64,000 nucleotides of DNA from Alphaproteobacteria bacterium (GTDB lineage: Bacteria; Pseudomonadota; Alphaproteobacteria; GCA-2731375): the NCBI GenBank assembly GCA_965232515.1, contig CBDDPY010000002.1:5856001-5920000 (forward strand). Reading direction: 5' to 3'. The notes beneath the pieces are model-generated. The model was not told the origin of the DNA. It was given only the letters and a program-made list of their open reading frames with translations, and did not search any database. A program made the translations under genes and the position numbers. This document shows, in pieces, positions 48,911 through 58,712 of the stretch. Every line of letters begins with the position of its first letter. Positions within the stretch are counted from its first letter, which is position 1.

Positions 48911-50696
48911 AATAAAGTGCACTGGCACAGCAAGTCTCACAGACCGCCAGCTCAGTACACAAATCATTTGCCCGCAATGTCATGTACATGCTCATGGCCT
49001 ATTTGCGACGGCGATATCGCTTTCATTGGACATTCAACCGTCAGGTTAGATGGTATTCTATCCTCTGATTCGCGTCATGATTGACGACGAAGCGAGCACT
49101 TCGGACAAAGGACGCAAGAAGGCTGTGAGCTTATTTCAATCTATCGTGGAATCGCTTGATTCCCTTAAATCAGCGAGAGACAGCCTCGTGCCTGAACTAC
49201 AGTCAATTACAGGCGCAAATGGAGAGAGATTCGATTTAAATAAAAATATCCCTGCGACCCCAAATTCTATATTGGAAATCGATTTTCGTGTAGAATCTCT
49301 AGTCGAATTAGCATCTTGTATTAAACCAGATCAAAATGATTTGCTCTTCCCTCACAGTCAGTCGGCAAAGCTTAAAACCTCTATTGATCAAATTACTTCT
49401 TACTACAATTCTATCACCGAGGCCATTCATAATATCGAGAGTCAGGGCGGAGGTGTTGGTGCTCTCGATCCAGAGGCAATAATGTTAACTAGCAGCAACG
49501 GTAGTATTACATTAAAACTGGGGAGTTATTTTGAGAACATTTGGAGTTCATCGGATCAAGCGCTGTCTAATCTGTATCCCGTAATAAATATCTTGCGCGC
49601 TGATGGTTTTGGAGATTTTTCATCAACCCATTCGACTTTTTCTAAGATTGTTGAGGTTGTGCAAGATGAGTACACGAATCTTGTAAATACTACTGCGAAA
49701 GCTAGGAGATCTGCTGAAAATATCGAAAATATTAATGAAAATGCAAATTCAATATTAAACGAGATTTCTCGGTTGAATTCGGAAGGCGAAAAATCTCGCA
49801 AGAATCTTGCCGAGTACGAAGCTGAAGGCACTGAAAAAATCTCGGCAATTCGACAAATTCATGAAAACGCCGATCAGGTTAAACAAACTGTGAATAGTTA
49901 TAAGTCCCAGTTCGAGAACTTTCGAAATCAATTAGATGAGCGCGAAAAATCTCTCAAATCTGGGACCGAAAGCCAACAAGATCTCTTAAAGAAATTGGAA
50001 GAAAACGAAACTCAAATTAGCGACATCAATCAACGAGCAGAGAAGATGCTCTCTGGCGCTACTGTCGCAGGGCTTGCAAGTTCCTTCGGCAGGCTCCGCG
50101 ATGATCTGACCCATGAGCTTCGATATGCTCGTTGGGTTTTCTACTTTTCGATTGTTGTCTTGTTTGCTTCGGTTATCCCTCTTCTGGCATATGTGTTTCC
50201 AAGTCCGTTCGTGGCGCTAGGGCTAATATCGATGAGCTTGACCCAAGGTGCCGGGGACGTGTCGGCGCTTGAGTTCTTGGGTCAGGTCGTCACGCGGGCT
50301 CTCCTTCTTATTCCGGCTGCCTGGTTTGCCAAATTTACCGCTGCACGTCATGCGGCTCTGTTTCGGCTGAAGGAGCACTACGCCTTCAAATACTCGGTCG
50401 CTTCTTCTGTTGATGGTTTCAAACAGCAAGCTGTCCCCTACGAAGATGAGATTGCTGCTGCGACTTTCTTTGAATTGACCTTCAACCCAGCTGATCGAAT
50501 GGAGGGCAAGGGAGTTGAAGAACGTCACCCCAATCCGATCATGGACAAGGTGATGGAAAAGCTAGGTTTCACGCATGATGGAAAGGAAAAGAATTAGGAT
50601 CAGCATTGGCAGACCCTACCGTCGAATTTTTCAAGAACGCCGAAATTCCCGTCGCATACACCGGATTACGGGATCACGGTGACAGTGCACCTATTT
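48911..50696. mobile_element. AT-rich single-gene islet bounded by imperfect inverted repeats
   Basis: Sharp composition shift; AATAAAGTGCACTGGCAC (48911-48928) vs GTGACAGTGCACCTATTT (50679-50696), 14/18 inverted match; no transposase inside. Confidence 0.55.
49050..50597 (+). CDS. hypothetical coiled-coil protein with two C-terminal TM helices
   Basis: Long open AT-rich frame, heptad-like central region, two hydrophobic segments then RLKEHYAFK; start may be GTG 49125. Confidence 0.8.
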   Translation: MVFYPLIRVMIDDEASTSDKGRKKAVSLFQSIVESLDSLKSARDSLVPELQSITGANGERFDLNKNIPATPNSILEIDFRVESLVELASCIKPDQNDLLFPHSQSAKLKTSIDQITSYYNSITEAIHNIESQGGGVGALDPEAIMLTSSNGSITLKLGSYFENIWSSSDQALSNLYPVINILRADGFGDFSSTHSTFSKIVEVVQDEYTNLVNTTAKARRSAENIENINENANSILNEISRLNSEGEKSRKNLAEYEAEGTEKISAIRQIHENADQVKQTVNSYKSQFENFRNQLDEREKSLKSGTESQQDLLKKLEENETQISDINQRAEKMLSGATVAGLASSFGRLRDDLTHELRYARWVFYFSIVVLFASVIPLLAYVFPSPFVALGLISMSLTQGAGDVSALEFLGQVVTRALLLIPAAWFAKFTAARHAALFRLKEHYAFKYSVASSVDGFKQQAVPYEDEIAAATFFELTFNPADRMEGKGVEERHPNPIMDKVMEKLGFTHDGKEKN

Positions 50697-50775
50697 GGTT
50701 CAGCCGCGAAGGTACCGTGGCGTCGTGCGTAATGAACGCACTGGTTGCCGCCGCCTGGCCAGAGCGTTTCCCGAT

Positions 50776-51096
50776 CTACCGCGCCTCGAGCGAGCGGATG
50801 TAGGCGACGAGGTGGGCGACGTTGAAGGGGGTTAGTTCGCTGCCGATTTCGGGCATGCCGGCGTGGAGCGGGGGGAACATGATGCGGGCGAAGATCTGCT
50901 CGTCCGTGCGGTAGACGGCGACGGCGGCGAAGCTGGGGGGCATCAGCTTGAACGGGCCGCCCGGCTCGACGTTGTGGCAGCGGACGCAGAGCTCGCGGGC
51001 GATCTTGCCGCCCTTGGCCGGGTCGGCTTCCGCGACGGCGGTGGTGGCCGAGGCCATGAAGATGGCGCTGCAGATGGCGAGCGATGTCAGGCGCAT
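50776..51096 (-). CDS. small periplasmic class I cytochrome c
   Basis: Signal peptide, CVRCH, distal Met HAGMP; AGGAGG RBS. Confidence 0.88.
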   Translation of the reverse strand: MRLTSLAICSAIFMASATTAVAEADPAKGGKIARELCVRCHNVEPGGPFKLMPPSFAAVAVYRTDEQIFARIMFPPLHAGMPEIGSELTPFNVAHLVAYIRSLEAR

Positions 51097-51164
51097 GCGA
51101 CCCTCCTTTTGATACCGACAAGAGTCGGCAACAAAGCCTAAGCCCGGCTTAACGCCGTTTCGCA

Positions 51165-51178
51165 CTGATCCGGGTCAA
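51165..51178 (-). promoter_or_regulatory. putative FNR/FixK-type box upstream of the cytochrome c gene
   Basis: TTGAC-CCGG-ATCAG on the minus strand vs consensus TTGAT-N4-ATCAA. Confidence 0.45.
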
Positions 51179-51208
51179 TCCGGTTGGTCGGTGATCTGAC
51201 AAGCCGGT

Positions 51209-51293
51209 GTCATGCTGGCGGCGGCCAGCATCCAGCGGCGGCGTAAGATATTGAAAAACAACGGACATGGATCCTGGCCTGCGCCAGGATGAC
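51209..51293. repeat. alphaproteobacterial REP pair (GTCAT...ATCCA / TGGAT...ATGAC)
   Basis: GTCATGCTGGCGGCGGCCAGCATCCA and inverted TGGATCCTGGCCTGCGCCAGGATGAC. Confidence 0.8.
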
Positions 51294-51381
51294 GGGCGGG
51301 GCGGGGTCGGTGCGGCTTGTTCGAGAACGCCGCGACCGTGGCCAGGGATCGGGCGGTGGTGGCTTGACTCTCGTCCAGTTT

Positions 51382-51396
51382 GTTCTTTTTATGTTC
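51382..51396 (+). promoter_or_regulatory. alphaproteobacterial LexA (SOS) box
   Basis: GTTC-TTTTTAT-GTTC (GTTC-N7-GTTC) downstream of a TTGACT -35 (51364), upstream of dinB. Confidence 0.88.
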
Positions 51397-51467
51397 TCAT
51401 GATGAGCGACTTCGAAATCAGACCGCGGCCGGGCGTGTCCCGGCGCGCATTGGGCTGAGCCGGCGGC

Positions 51468-52715
51468 ATGGCGGCTGAGGCGTCGATCCTGCATGCGGAT
51501 CTCGATGCGTTTTATGCGTCGGTGGAGCAGCTGCTCGATCCGGCGTTGCGGGGGCGGCCGATCGCGGTGGGGGGTGGCGTGGTGCTGGCGGCGTCGTATG
51601 AAGCGAAGGCGTTCGGGGTGCGGAGCGGCATGGCCGGGCGGCGGGCGCGGGCGCTGTGTCCGGAGCTGCATTTCGTGCCGGGGCGGTTCAAGGAGTATCA
51701 GCGGCTGGGCGATGCGGCGATCGGCGTGCTGGGGGATTTCACGCCTGATGTGGAGCGGATCTCGATCGACGAGGCCTTTGCCGACGTGGCGGGCTCGGTG
51801 CATCTGTTCGGGGCGCCGGAAGCGATGGCGGCGGCGATCCGTCGGCGCGTGCGGGTGGAGGTGGGGCTGCCGATCTCGCTCGGCGTGGCGGCGACCAAGC
51901 ACCTGGCGAAGATCGCCTCGCAGGTGGCGAAGCCTGACGGGCTGGTCGTGGTGCCGGCCGGGACGGAGCGGGACTTTCTGCGCGACTTGCCGGTCGAGCT
52001 GATGTGGGGCGTGGGGCCGGTGGTGCGGGCGCGCCTCGCCGAGATGGGTGTCACCACCATCGGCGAGCTGGCGGCGACGCCGGGCTGGTCACTGGAACGC
52101 ATCCTCGGCCGGGCCGTCGGCGCTAAGCTGGCGGCGCTGGCGGTGAACCGGGATCCGCGCGCCGTCGTGACGCGACATCGCGCGCGGTCGGTCGGCGCGC
52201 AGTCGGCGCTCGGCCGCAAGCCCGCTGTTCAACACGTGATCCGGCCAACGTTGCTGCACCTCGCCGACCGCGTCACCTCGCGCCTGCGGGCGAAGTCGCG
52301 GGCCGGGCGGACGGTGACGGTCCGGGTCCGGTTCGCGGATCTGCACGCCGTGACGCGCGCCATCACGCTGCCCGCGGCGGTCTCGGCGACGGCGAGCCTC
52401 GCCGAGATCTCGGAAGACCTGGTGCGCGCGGCGCTGGCGGATCATCCCGAGGAGCGTGTCATCTCGCTCTTGGCGGTCTCGGTGTCGCATCTCGAACGCG
52501 ACCCGATGCTGCAGTTGGAGCTGCCGCTGCAGCTTGCCGACCGCAAGCGCCGGCCCGGCACCGCGCCCGGCGCCGCGCGGCTGACGGCCGACCGCGCCAT
52601 CGATGCGATCCGCGACCGCTTCGGGCGCGGGGCGATCGGCTATGGCTCGGTGGTGCTGGGCGACCGCCGCGCCGTGCCGGACGCGTTCCGCGAACTGGCC
52701 GAGAAGGCGCTGTGA
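51468..52715 (+). CDS. dinB: DNA polymerase IV
   Basis: HADLDAFYASVE, AASYEAK, SIDEAF, AKIAS...KPDG. Confidence 0.95.
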   Translation: MAAEASILHADLDAFYASVEQLLDPALRGRPIAVGGGVVLAASYEAKAFGVRSGMAGRRARALCPELHFVPGRFKEYQRLGDAAIGVLGDFTPDVERISIDEAFADVAGSVHLFGAPEAMAAAIRRRVRVEVGLPISLGVAATKHLAKIASQVAKPDGLVVVPAGTERDFLRDLPVELMWGVGPVVRARLAEMGVTTIGELAATPGWSLERILGRAVGAKLAALAVNRDPRAVVTRHRARSVGAQSALGRKPAVQHVIRPTLLHLADRVTSRLRAKSRAGRTVTVRVRFADLHAVTRAITLPAAVSATASLAEISEDLVRAALADHPEERVISLLAVSVSHLERDPMLQLELPLQLADRKRRPGTAPGAARLTADRAIDAIRDRFGRGAIGYGSVVLGDRRAVPDAFRELAEKAL

Positions 52716-52766
52716 GCGCGGCGGCCGATATCGGGCGGGACCGTATCATTCGGCCGGGCGCAGCAA

Positions 52767-52780
52767 TTAACAATTGTCAA
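52767..52780 (+). promoter_or_regulatory. FNR/NNR/NnrR-type box upstream of norC
   Basis: TTAAC-AATT-GTCAA about 70 nt upstream of the norC ATG. Confidence 0.7.
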
Positions 52781-52848
52781 GGATTGGACGCCCGCGACGG
52801 CACATCCTGAGGCACCCAACAAGGGAAGCGCGGGATGGAGAGACGGTC

Positions 52849-53301
52849 ATGGGCGAAGGGCTGACCAAGTCGCAAGCGCGCAATATTTTCTACGGCGGCT
52901 CGTTGTTCTTCCTCGTCGTGTTCGTGGCCCTGACGGCGCACAGCCATCTCTATATCGTCAACGAGTCGACCGACAGCGCCGGCCTGACCGACGCGGTCGC
53001 GCGCGGCAAGGGCATCTGGGAAGAGCATTCCTGCATCAACTGCCACACGTTGCTCGGCGAGGGCGCCTATTTCGCGCCCGAGGTGGGCAACGTCTGGGTG
53101 CGCTATGGCGGGCCGGATGACCCCGAGGGCGCGCGAGAGGCCCTGAAGGCGTGGATGCAGTCGCAACCCACGGGCATCGAGGGCCGGCGCCAGATGCCGC
53201 AGTTCAACCTGAGCGACCGGGAACTTGACGACCTGATCGATTTCTTCGAGTGGACCAGCCGGATCGACACCCAGGGCTGGCCGCCCAACGACGCCGGCTG
53301 A
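52849..53301 (+). CDS. norC: nitric oxide reductase cytochrome c subunit
   Basis: ARNIFYGGS, CINCHTLLGEGAYFAPE, RRQMPQFNL, WPPN. Confidence 0.97.
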   Translation: MGEGLTKSQARNIFYGGSLFFLVVFVALTAHSHLYIVNESTDSAGLTDAVARGKGIWEEHSCINCHTLLGEGAYFAPEVGNVWVRYGGPDDPEGAREALKAWMQSQPTGIEGRRQMPQFNLSDRELDDLIDFFEWTSRIDTQGWPPNDAG

Positions 53302-53314
53302 GGGGGTGACGGAC

Positions 53315-54658
53315 ATGAAATACGAAAGCCAGAAGATCGCTTTCTACTACTTCCTGGCGGCGATGATCCTGTTCGTGGCGCAGGTCACGTTCGGGCTGGT
53401 CGCGGGCTACATCTATATCGACCCGAATTTCCTCAGCGAGATCCTGCCCTTCAACATCGTGCGCATGATCCACACCAACTCGCTGATCGTGTGGCTGCTG
53501 CTCGGGTTTTTCGGGGCCGCGTATTACCTGATTCCGGACGAGGCGGAGCGCGACATCCACAGTCCGCTGCTGGCCTATGTGCAGCTCGCCATTCTGCTGG
53601 TTGGCGCCGCCGGCGCCGTGATCGGCTATCTGTTCGGCATTCACGAGGGCCGCGAGTTTCTCGAGCAGCCGCTCTGGGTCAAGCTCGGCATCGTGGTCGC
53701 CGCCCTGATCTTCCTGTTCAACGTCACCATGACCTTCCTGAAGGGCCGCAAGACCGCCATCACCAACATCCTGCTGCTTGGCCTCTGGGGCATCGCGCTG
53801 TTCTTCCTGTTCGCGCTCTACACCCCGGTCAACCTGGGCCTCGACAAGCTCTACTGGTGGTACGTGGTCCATATCTGGGTCGAAGGCGTGTGGGAGCTGG
53901 TGATGGCCTCGATCCTGGCCTATCTGATGCTGAAGCTGACCGGCGTCGACCGCGAGGTCGTCGAGAAGTGGCTCTACGTGATCGTCGCCAGCGCGCTGTT
54001 CAGCGGTTTGCTGGGCACCGGGCACCACTACTACTGGATCGGCACGCCCGCCTACTGGCAATGGCTCGGCTCGATCTTCTCGACCCTCGAGGTGGTGCCG
54101 TTTTTCCTGATGGTGGTCTTCGTCTTCACCATGGTCTGGAAGGGCGGCCGGGACCATCCGAACAAGGCGGCGCTGCTGTGGGCGCTCGGCTGCGCGACCC
54201 TGGCGTTCTTCGGGGCCGGCGTCTGGGGCTTCATGCACACCATTTCGACGATCAACTATTACACGCACGGCACCCAGGTGACGGCCGCCCACGGTCACCT
54301 CGCGTTCTTCGGCGCCTATGTGTCGCTGAACCTGGCGATCTTCACCTACGCCATGCCGTATCTGCGCGGACGCGAACCCTACAATCAGGTGCTCAACATG
54401 GTCAGCTTCTGGCTGATGTCGGGGGGCATGGCGTTCATGACCTTCACGCTGACCTTCGCCGGCGTGCTGCAGACGCATCTGCAGCGGGTCAACGGCGAAT
54501 ACTTCATGGACGTCCAGGATCAGCTGCATCTGTTCTATCAGATGCGGCTCGGCTCGGGCGTGGTGGTGGTTCTGGGCGCCCTGATCTTCCTCTACGCCAT
54601 CCTGGTGCCGCATTCGCGCGAGGTGATCGCGGCGCGGCGGCCGGCCGAACAGGTCTGA
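53315..54658 (+). CDS. norB: nitric oxide reductase large subunit
   Basis: RMIHTN, VVHIWVEGVWE, GTGHHYYWIG, TAAHGHLAFFG. Confidence 0.98.
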   Translation: MKYESQKIAFYYFLAAMILFVAQVTFGLVAGYIYIDPNFLSEILPFNIVRMIHTNSLIVWLLLGFFGAAYYLIPDEAERDIHSPLLAYVQLAILLVGAAGAVIGYLFGIHEGREFLEQPLWVKLGIVVAALIFLFNVTMTFLKGRKTAITNILLLGLWGIALFFLFALYTPVNLGLDKLYWWYVVHIWVEGVWELVMASILAYLMLKLTGVDREVVEKWLYVIVASALFSGLLGTGHHYYWIGTPAYWQWLGSIFSTLEVVPFFLMVVFVFTMVWKGGRDHPNKAALLWALGCATLAFFGAGVWGFMHTISTINYYTHGTQVTAAHGHLAFFGAYVSLNLAIFTYAMPYLRGREPYNQVLNMVSFWLMSGGMAFMTFTLTFAGVLQTHLQRVNGEYFMDVQDQLHLFYQMRLGSGVVVVLGALIFLYAILVPHSREVIAARRPAEQV

Positions 54659-54686
54659 ACCGCAGCGCCAGGCACGGAGCCCGGTC

Positions 54687-55490
54687 ATGCCTCTCTCCGA
54701 CCGCGCGGCGAATGCGGCGCCGCCCTTCTACCTGCCGATCGGCGACGAATGCGAGGTCTTCGAGCGCGCCTATGAGATGCGCCTGCCGTTGCTGCTGAAG
54801 GGACCGACGGGCTGCGGCAAGACCCGCTTCGTCGCCCACATGGCGGCCCGGCTGGGGTTGCCGCTGGGCACGGTCGCCTGCCATGACGACCTGACCGCCG
54901 CCGATCTGACCGGCCGTTACCTGCTGCAGGGCGGCGAGACCGTGTGGATCGACGGCCCACTGACCCGGGCCGTGCGCAACGGCGGCATCTGCTATCTCGA
55001 CGAGGTGGTCGAGGCGCGCAAGGACGTGACCGTCGTGCTGCATCCCCTGACCGACGACCGGCGAATGCTGCCGCTGGACCGCACCGGCGAGGTGCTGCAG
55101 GCGCCGCCCGACTTCATGCTCGTGGTGTCCTATAACCCGGGCTACCAGAGCATCCTGAAGACCCTGAAGCCGAGCACGCGGCAGCGGTTCCTGGCGCTCG
55201 AATTCGACTTCCCGCCGCCCGAGCACGAGGCCGCGATCGTCGCCGACGAGAGCGGCCTGAAGTTGGAACGCTGCCGGCCGCTGGTGCAACTGGCCGGGCG
55301 GCTGCGCGCGCTCAAGGGGCAGGACCTGGAGGAAGGCGTCTCCACCCGCCTGCTGATCTACTGCGCCAGCCTGATCGCCCAGGGCATGAAGCCCGAGCTG
55401 GCCGTCCGCGCCGCCCTGATCGAGCCGATGACCGACGATCCGGACGTCAAGGCCGGTCTCGTCGATCTGGTGGTCGCGGTGCTTGGCTGA
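54687..55490 (+). CDS. norQ: NorQ/CbbQ AAA+ ATPase
   Basis: KGPTGCGKT, CYLDEVVEAR, SYNPGYQ, STRLL. Confidence 0.96.
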   Translation: MPLSDRAANAAPPFYLPIGDECEVFERAYEMRLPLLLKGPTGCGKTRFVAHMAARLGLPLGTVACHDDLTAADLTGRYLLQGGETVWIDGPLTRAVRNGGICYLDEVVEARKDVTVVLHPLTDDRRMLPLDRTGEVLQAPPDFMLVVSYNPGYQSILKTLKPSTRQRFLALEFDFPPPEHEAAIVADESGLKLERCRPLVQLAGRLRALKGQDLEEGVSTRLLIYCASLIAQGMKPELAVRAALIEPMTDDPDVKAGLVDLVVAVLG

Positions 55491-55505
55491 CGGGAAACCG
55501 CGCCG

Positions 55506-57437
55506 ATGCCTTCGTTCAGGATCTTCGAACCGGAGGAAACGGTCGGGACGTTCTGGCATCGCGTGGCGGGCGACCTCGACGCCGCGCCGACCTTCCCCGA
55601 CGCCGAGATCACGCTGGACGCGGTGCGCGACCGGCTCGCGGTTACCTTCCGCGGCCTCGGCGGCAGTGCGCTCGCCGAGTTGCGGCCGGTGCCGCTGGAA
55701 ACCTCGCAGCATCGCCTGTCCTGGCGCCGCCAGCTCGGCCGCGCCCACGAGCGCCAGGCGACGGCGCGGTTCGACGGCGAGATCCTGTTCCTGCCGCCGA
55801 GCCTCGCGGTCTTCCCGGATCCGGACCTGAACCGCCGGCTCTACCTTTGGCTGATCGCCTGGTGCGTTTGCGCCAAGGCGCAGCGGTCGCCTGCCGGCGA
55901 TCCGCTGCAGGCCGATGTCTTTCGGATCCGCCGCGCCTGGGTCACGACGGCGCGCTGCCTCCGCCGCTTCCCCGGTCTGCGGCCGATCTATCGGTCGCTG
56001 GCCGACGCCTATCTGCCGTTGCGACCGCGGCGTCGGTTGCCGGCGGCCGAGAGCCGTATCGAGGCTGGAGTGCGGGACCTGCTCGGCCAGCACCCTTTCG
56101 CGGGCGACGCGCCGGGCCGCCGGTCGCCGGCCGGATCGCCGTGGCCGCGCGTCGCCGCCGCGCCCGGTTATCGCCCTTTCCTGCCGGTGCCGCTATGGGC
56201 GGAACGGTGCGAACGGCCGGCGCTCGACCGCAACCGACGCCAGGAGCAGGCGGACGACTCCGCGGCCGGTGGCGCGCAAGATGGCGAGGCCGCGGTCAAG
56301 GCGAAGCGGCAGAACGGCGACGAGGCCGAGCGCAAGGACTCGCTGATCCTGCACCGCTTCGAGTCGATCCTGTCGTGGGCCGAATTCCTGAACCTGAACC
56401 GCGCGGTCGAGGACGACGACGCGGCGAACGCCAAGCGGGCGGCCGAGGATCAGGACGAACTGAGCCTGGTCGTGCAGCGCCGGCGCCCGGCCACGCGGCT
56501 GGCGTTCGATCTGGATTTGGCGCCGCAGGATGTCGAGCGGGAACGGCTCGCCGGCGCCGAGGTCTATCCCGAGTGGGATTATCGCGCGGGCGCCTATCTG
56601 CCCGATCACGCCCGGGTTCTCGTCAGCGACGTGGCGGACGCCGAAAGCACCGACATCGTGCCCTTCGATGCGGCGGCGCGCCGGCGCATCGCCGCGGTCC
56701 GGCGTCGTTTCGAGGCGCTGCGCCCGCGACGTCAGATGCGGCCGCGCCAGCTCGATGGCGACGAGCTTGACCTCGACGCCGTCGTGCGGGCCCGAAGCGA
56801 CTATCTGGCGACCGGCGAGATCAGCAATCGCCTCTACCGTCAGGCCCGAACCGAAGACCGGGATCTGGCGGTTCAGGTCCTGCTCGACGCCTCGCGGTCG
56901 ACCGAGAGCTACATCGACAACCGGCAGGTCCTGGACATCGAGAAGGAGGCGCTGGCCGCGTTCGCCCATGGCCTGGAGGCGTGCGGCGACGACGTGGCGA
57001 TTTGCGCCTTCTCGTCATTGAAGCGTCAGCGCGTGTTCCTGCAGACCGTGAAGCGTTTCGATCAGGCCATGGATCGGCGGGTGGAGGCGCGCATCGCCGC
57101 CCTGCGTCCGGGCTTCTACACGCGGCTGGGCGCCGCCCTGCGCCATGCCACGACGGCGTTGAGCCTGCGCGCCAAGCAGAAGCGGCTGCTGCTGGTGCTG
57201 ACCGACGGCAAGCCCAACGACCTCGACCATTACGAGGGCCGGTACGGCGTCGAGGACACGCGCCGGGCGGTCCTGGAGGCGCGGCGGGCGGGGCATGCGG
57301 TCTTCGCCGTCACGGTCGACGGCAAGGCCCGCGGCTATATCCCCCGCATATTCGGCCGCGGCGGCTTCACGATCGTCGGCCATCCGGACCGGCTGACCAG
57401 CGCGCTACCGGCGATCTACCGGCAACTGGTCGATTGA
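55506..57437 (+). CDS. norD: nitric oxide reductase activation protein (vWA domain)
   Basis: EPEETVG, YPEWDY, MIDAS DASRS, YTRLGAALRH, TDGKPND. Confidence 0.96.
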   Translation: MPSFRIFEPEETVGTFWHRVAGDLDAAPTFPDAEITLDAVRDRLAVTFRGLGGSALAELRPVPLETSQHRLSWRRQLGRAHERQATARFDGEILFLPPSLAVFPDPDLNRRLYLWLIAWCVCAKAQRSPAGDPLQADVFRIRRAWVTTARCLRRFPGLRPIYRSLADAYLPLRPRRRLPAAESRIEAGVRDLLGQHPFAGDAPGRRSPAGSPWPRVAAAPGYRPFLPVPLWAERCERPALDRNRRQEQADDSAAGGAQDGEAAVKAKRQNGDEAERKDSLILHRFESILSWAEFLNLNRAVEDDDAANAKRAAEDQDELSLVVQRRRPATRLAFDLDLAPQDVERERLAGAEVYPEWDYRAGAYLPDHARVLVSDVADAESTDIVPFDAAARRRIAAVRRRFEALRPRRQMRPRQLDGDELDLDAVVRARSDYLATGEISNRLYRQARTEDRDLAVQVLLDASRSTESYIDNRQVLDIEKEALAAFAHGLEACGDDVAICAFSSLKRQRVFLQTVKRFDQAMDRRVEARIAALRPGFYTRLGAALRHATTALSLRAKQKRLLLVLTDGKPNDLDHYEGRYGVEDTRRAVLEARRAGHAVFAVTVDGKARGYIPRIFGRGGFTIVGHPDRLTSALPAIYRQLVD

Positions 57438-57618
57438 CCATCGGCCCGCCCGCTGACATGGCGGCGTTCTAATTGAGAGGAAAACGCGGCAAGGCGACGT
57501 AAGATAGCCGCCGCCGTCGAGGTTGTTGGGGGAGCCCGGCGCCGTTCCCCGAAGAGGGCAGACAACGGTAATTGTAGGCGTGCCGGTCCATGGCCGGCCC
57601 TAAATGGGGGAGGAAGTG

Positions 57619-58680
57619 GTGAAGATCGAAACTTTGTTGCCGCTGGGCAAGGTCGATCCGGGGCTGCGGGCGGCGGAACAGCCGTTGGATCTGGATGCGA
57701 TCGGGCGCGACGCCGAGCTCGTCGAGAGCCTGGGTTACGACCGCCTGGTGACGGAAGAGACGAAGGACGATCCGTTCGTGATCATGGGGCTCGCCGCCGC
57801 GGCGACGACGACGCTCGGCCTCGGCACGTCGGTCGCCATCGCCTTTCCGCGCAGCCCGGCGATCACGGCGATGTCTGCCTGGACGTTGCAGAAGCTGTCG
57901 AAGGGGCGGTTCTGCCTGGGCCTCGGGCCGCAGGTGCGCGGGCATATACAGCGCCGCTACGGCCTGACCTGGTCGCCGCCGGGGCCGTGGATGCGCGACT
58001 ATATCGGCGCGGTGCGGGCCATCTGGGACTGCTGGCAGAACGGCACGGCGCTGGATTATCAAAGCCAGCACTACAACATCAACCTGATGGTGCCGCTGTT
58101 CAATCCGGGACCGATCGCGCATCCGGAGATCCCGATCGTCGTCGCCGCCGTGGGCCCGCGGATGTGCGAGGCGGGCGGCGAGGTGGCCGACGGTATCAGA
58201 CCGCATCCGGTGTGCACGCCGAAATACATCGACGAGGTCATGCTGCCGGCCGTGCGCGCCGGCGCGGCGCGGTCGGGCCGGTCGCTCGACGGCTTCGAGA
58301 TCGCCATGAAGCCGCTGATCGCGACGGCGCCGACGGAGGAGATCCTGGCCGACCGCGTGCGCGATGCCCGCGCCCGCATCGCCTTCTACTGCTCGACGCC
58401 CGCTTATCGGAAGGCGTTCGAGATCCACGGATTGGGGGAACTCGCGGCCGAGCTCGCGGTGCTGTCGAAGGCCGGCCGCTGGGAGGAGATGCCGGACCGC
58501 ATCAGCGACGACGTGCTGCACGAATACGTCACGGTCGGCACCTATGACGAGATCGGCGACAAGCTGATCGAGCGCTTCGAGAACGTCGTCACCAGCGTCG
58601 AATTCTCGATCGCCGTCACCGGCGACGACGACAGGTCACGGCTGGCGGATCTGGTCGAGCGGCTGCACAGCGCGGCCTGA
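57619..58680 (+). CDS. LLM-class (luciferase-like) oxidoreductase, F420-dependent-like subfamily
   Basis: VAIAFPRSP, GRFCLGLGPQV, AAVGPRM, IAFYCSTPAY. Confidence 0.85.
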   Translation: MKIETLLPLGKVDPGLRAAEQPLDLDAIGRDAELVESLGYDRLVTEETKDDPFVIMGLAAAATTTLGLGTSVAIAFPRSPAITAMSAWTLQKLSKGRFCLGLGPQVRGHIQRRYGLTWSPPGPWMRDYIGAVRAIWDCWQNGTALDYQSQHYNINLMVPLFNPGPIAHPEIPIVVAAVGPRMCEAGGEVADGIRPHPVCTPKYIDEVMLPAVRAGAARSGRSLDGFEIAMKPLIATAPTEEILADRVRDARARIAFYCSTPAYRKAFEIHGLGELAAELAVLSKAGRWEEMPDRISDDVLHEYVTVGTYDEIGDKLIERFENVVTSVEFSIAVTGDDDRSRLADLVERLHSAA

Positions 58681-58712
58681 CGTTGCCGATTACGCACGTT
58701 GACGGACAAGCG

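Noticed and set aside
50606-50803. 65-aa ORF after the AT-rich gene
   Set aside because: It spans the inverted-repeat boundary, has a TTG start and no recognisable motif
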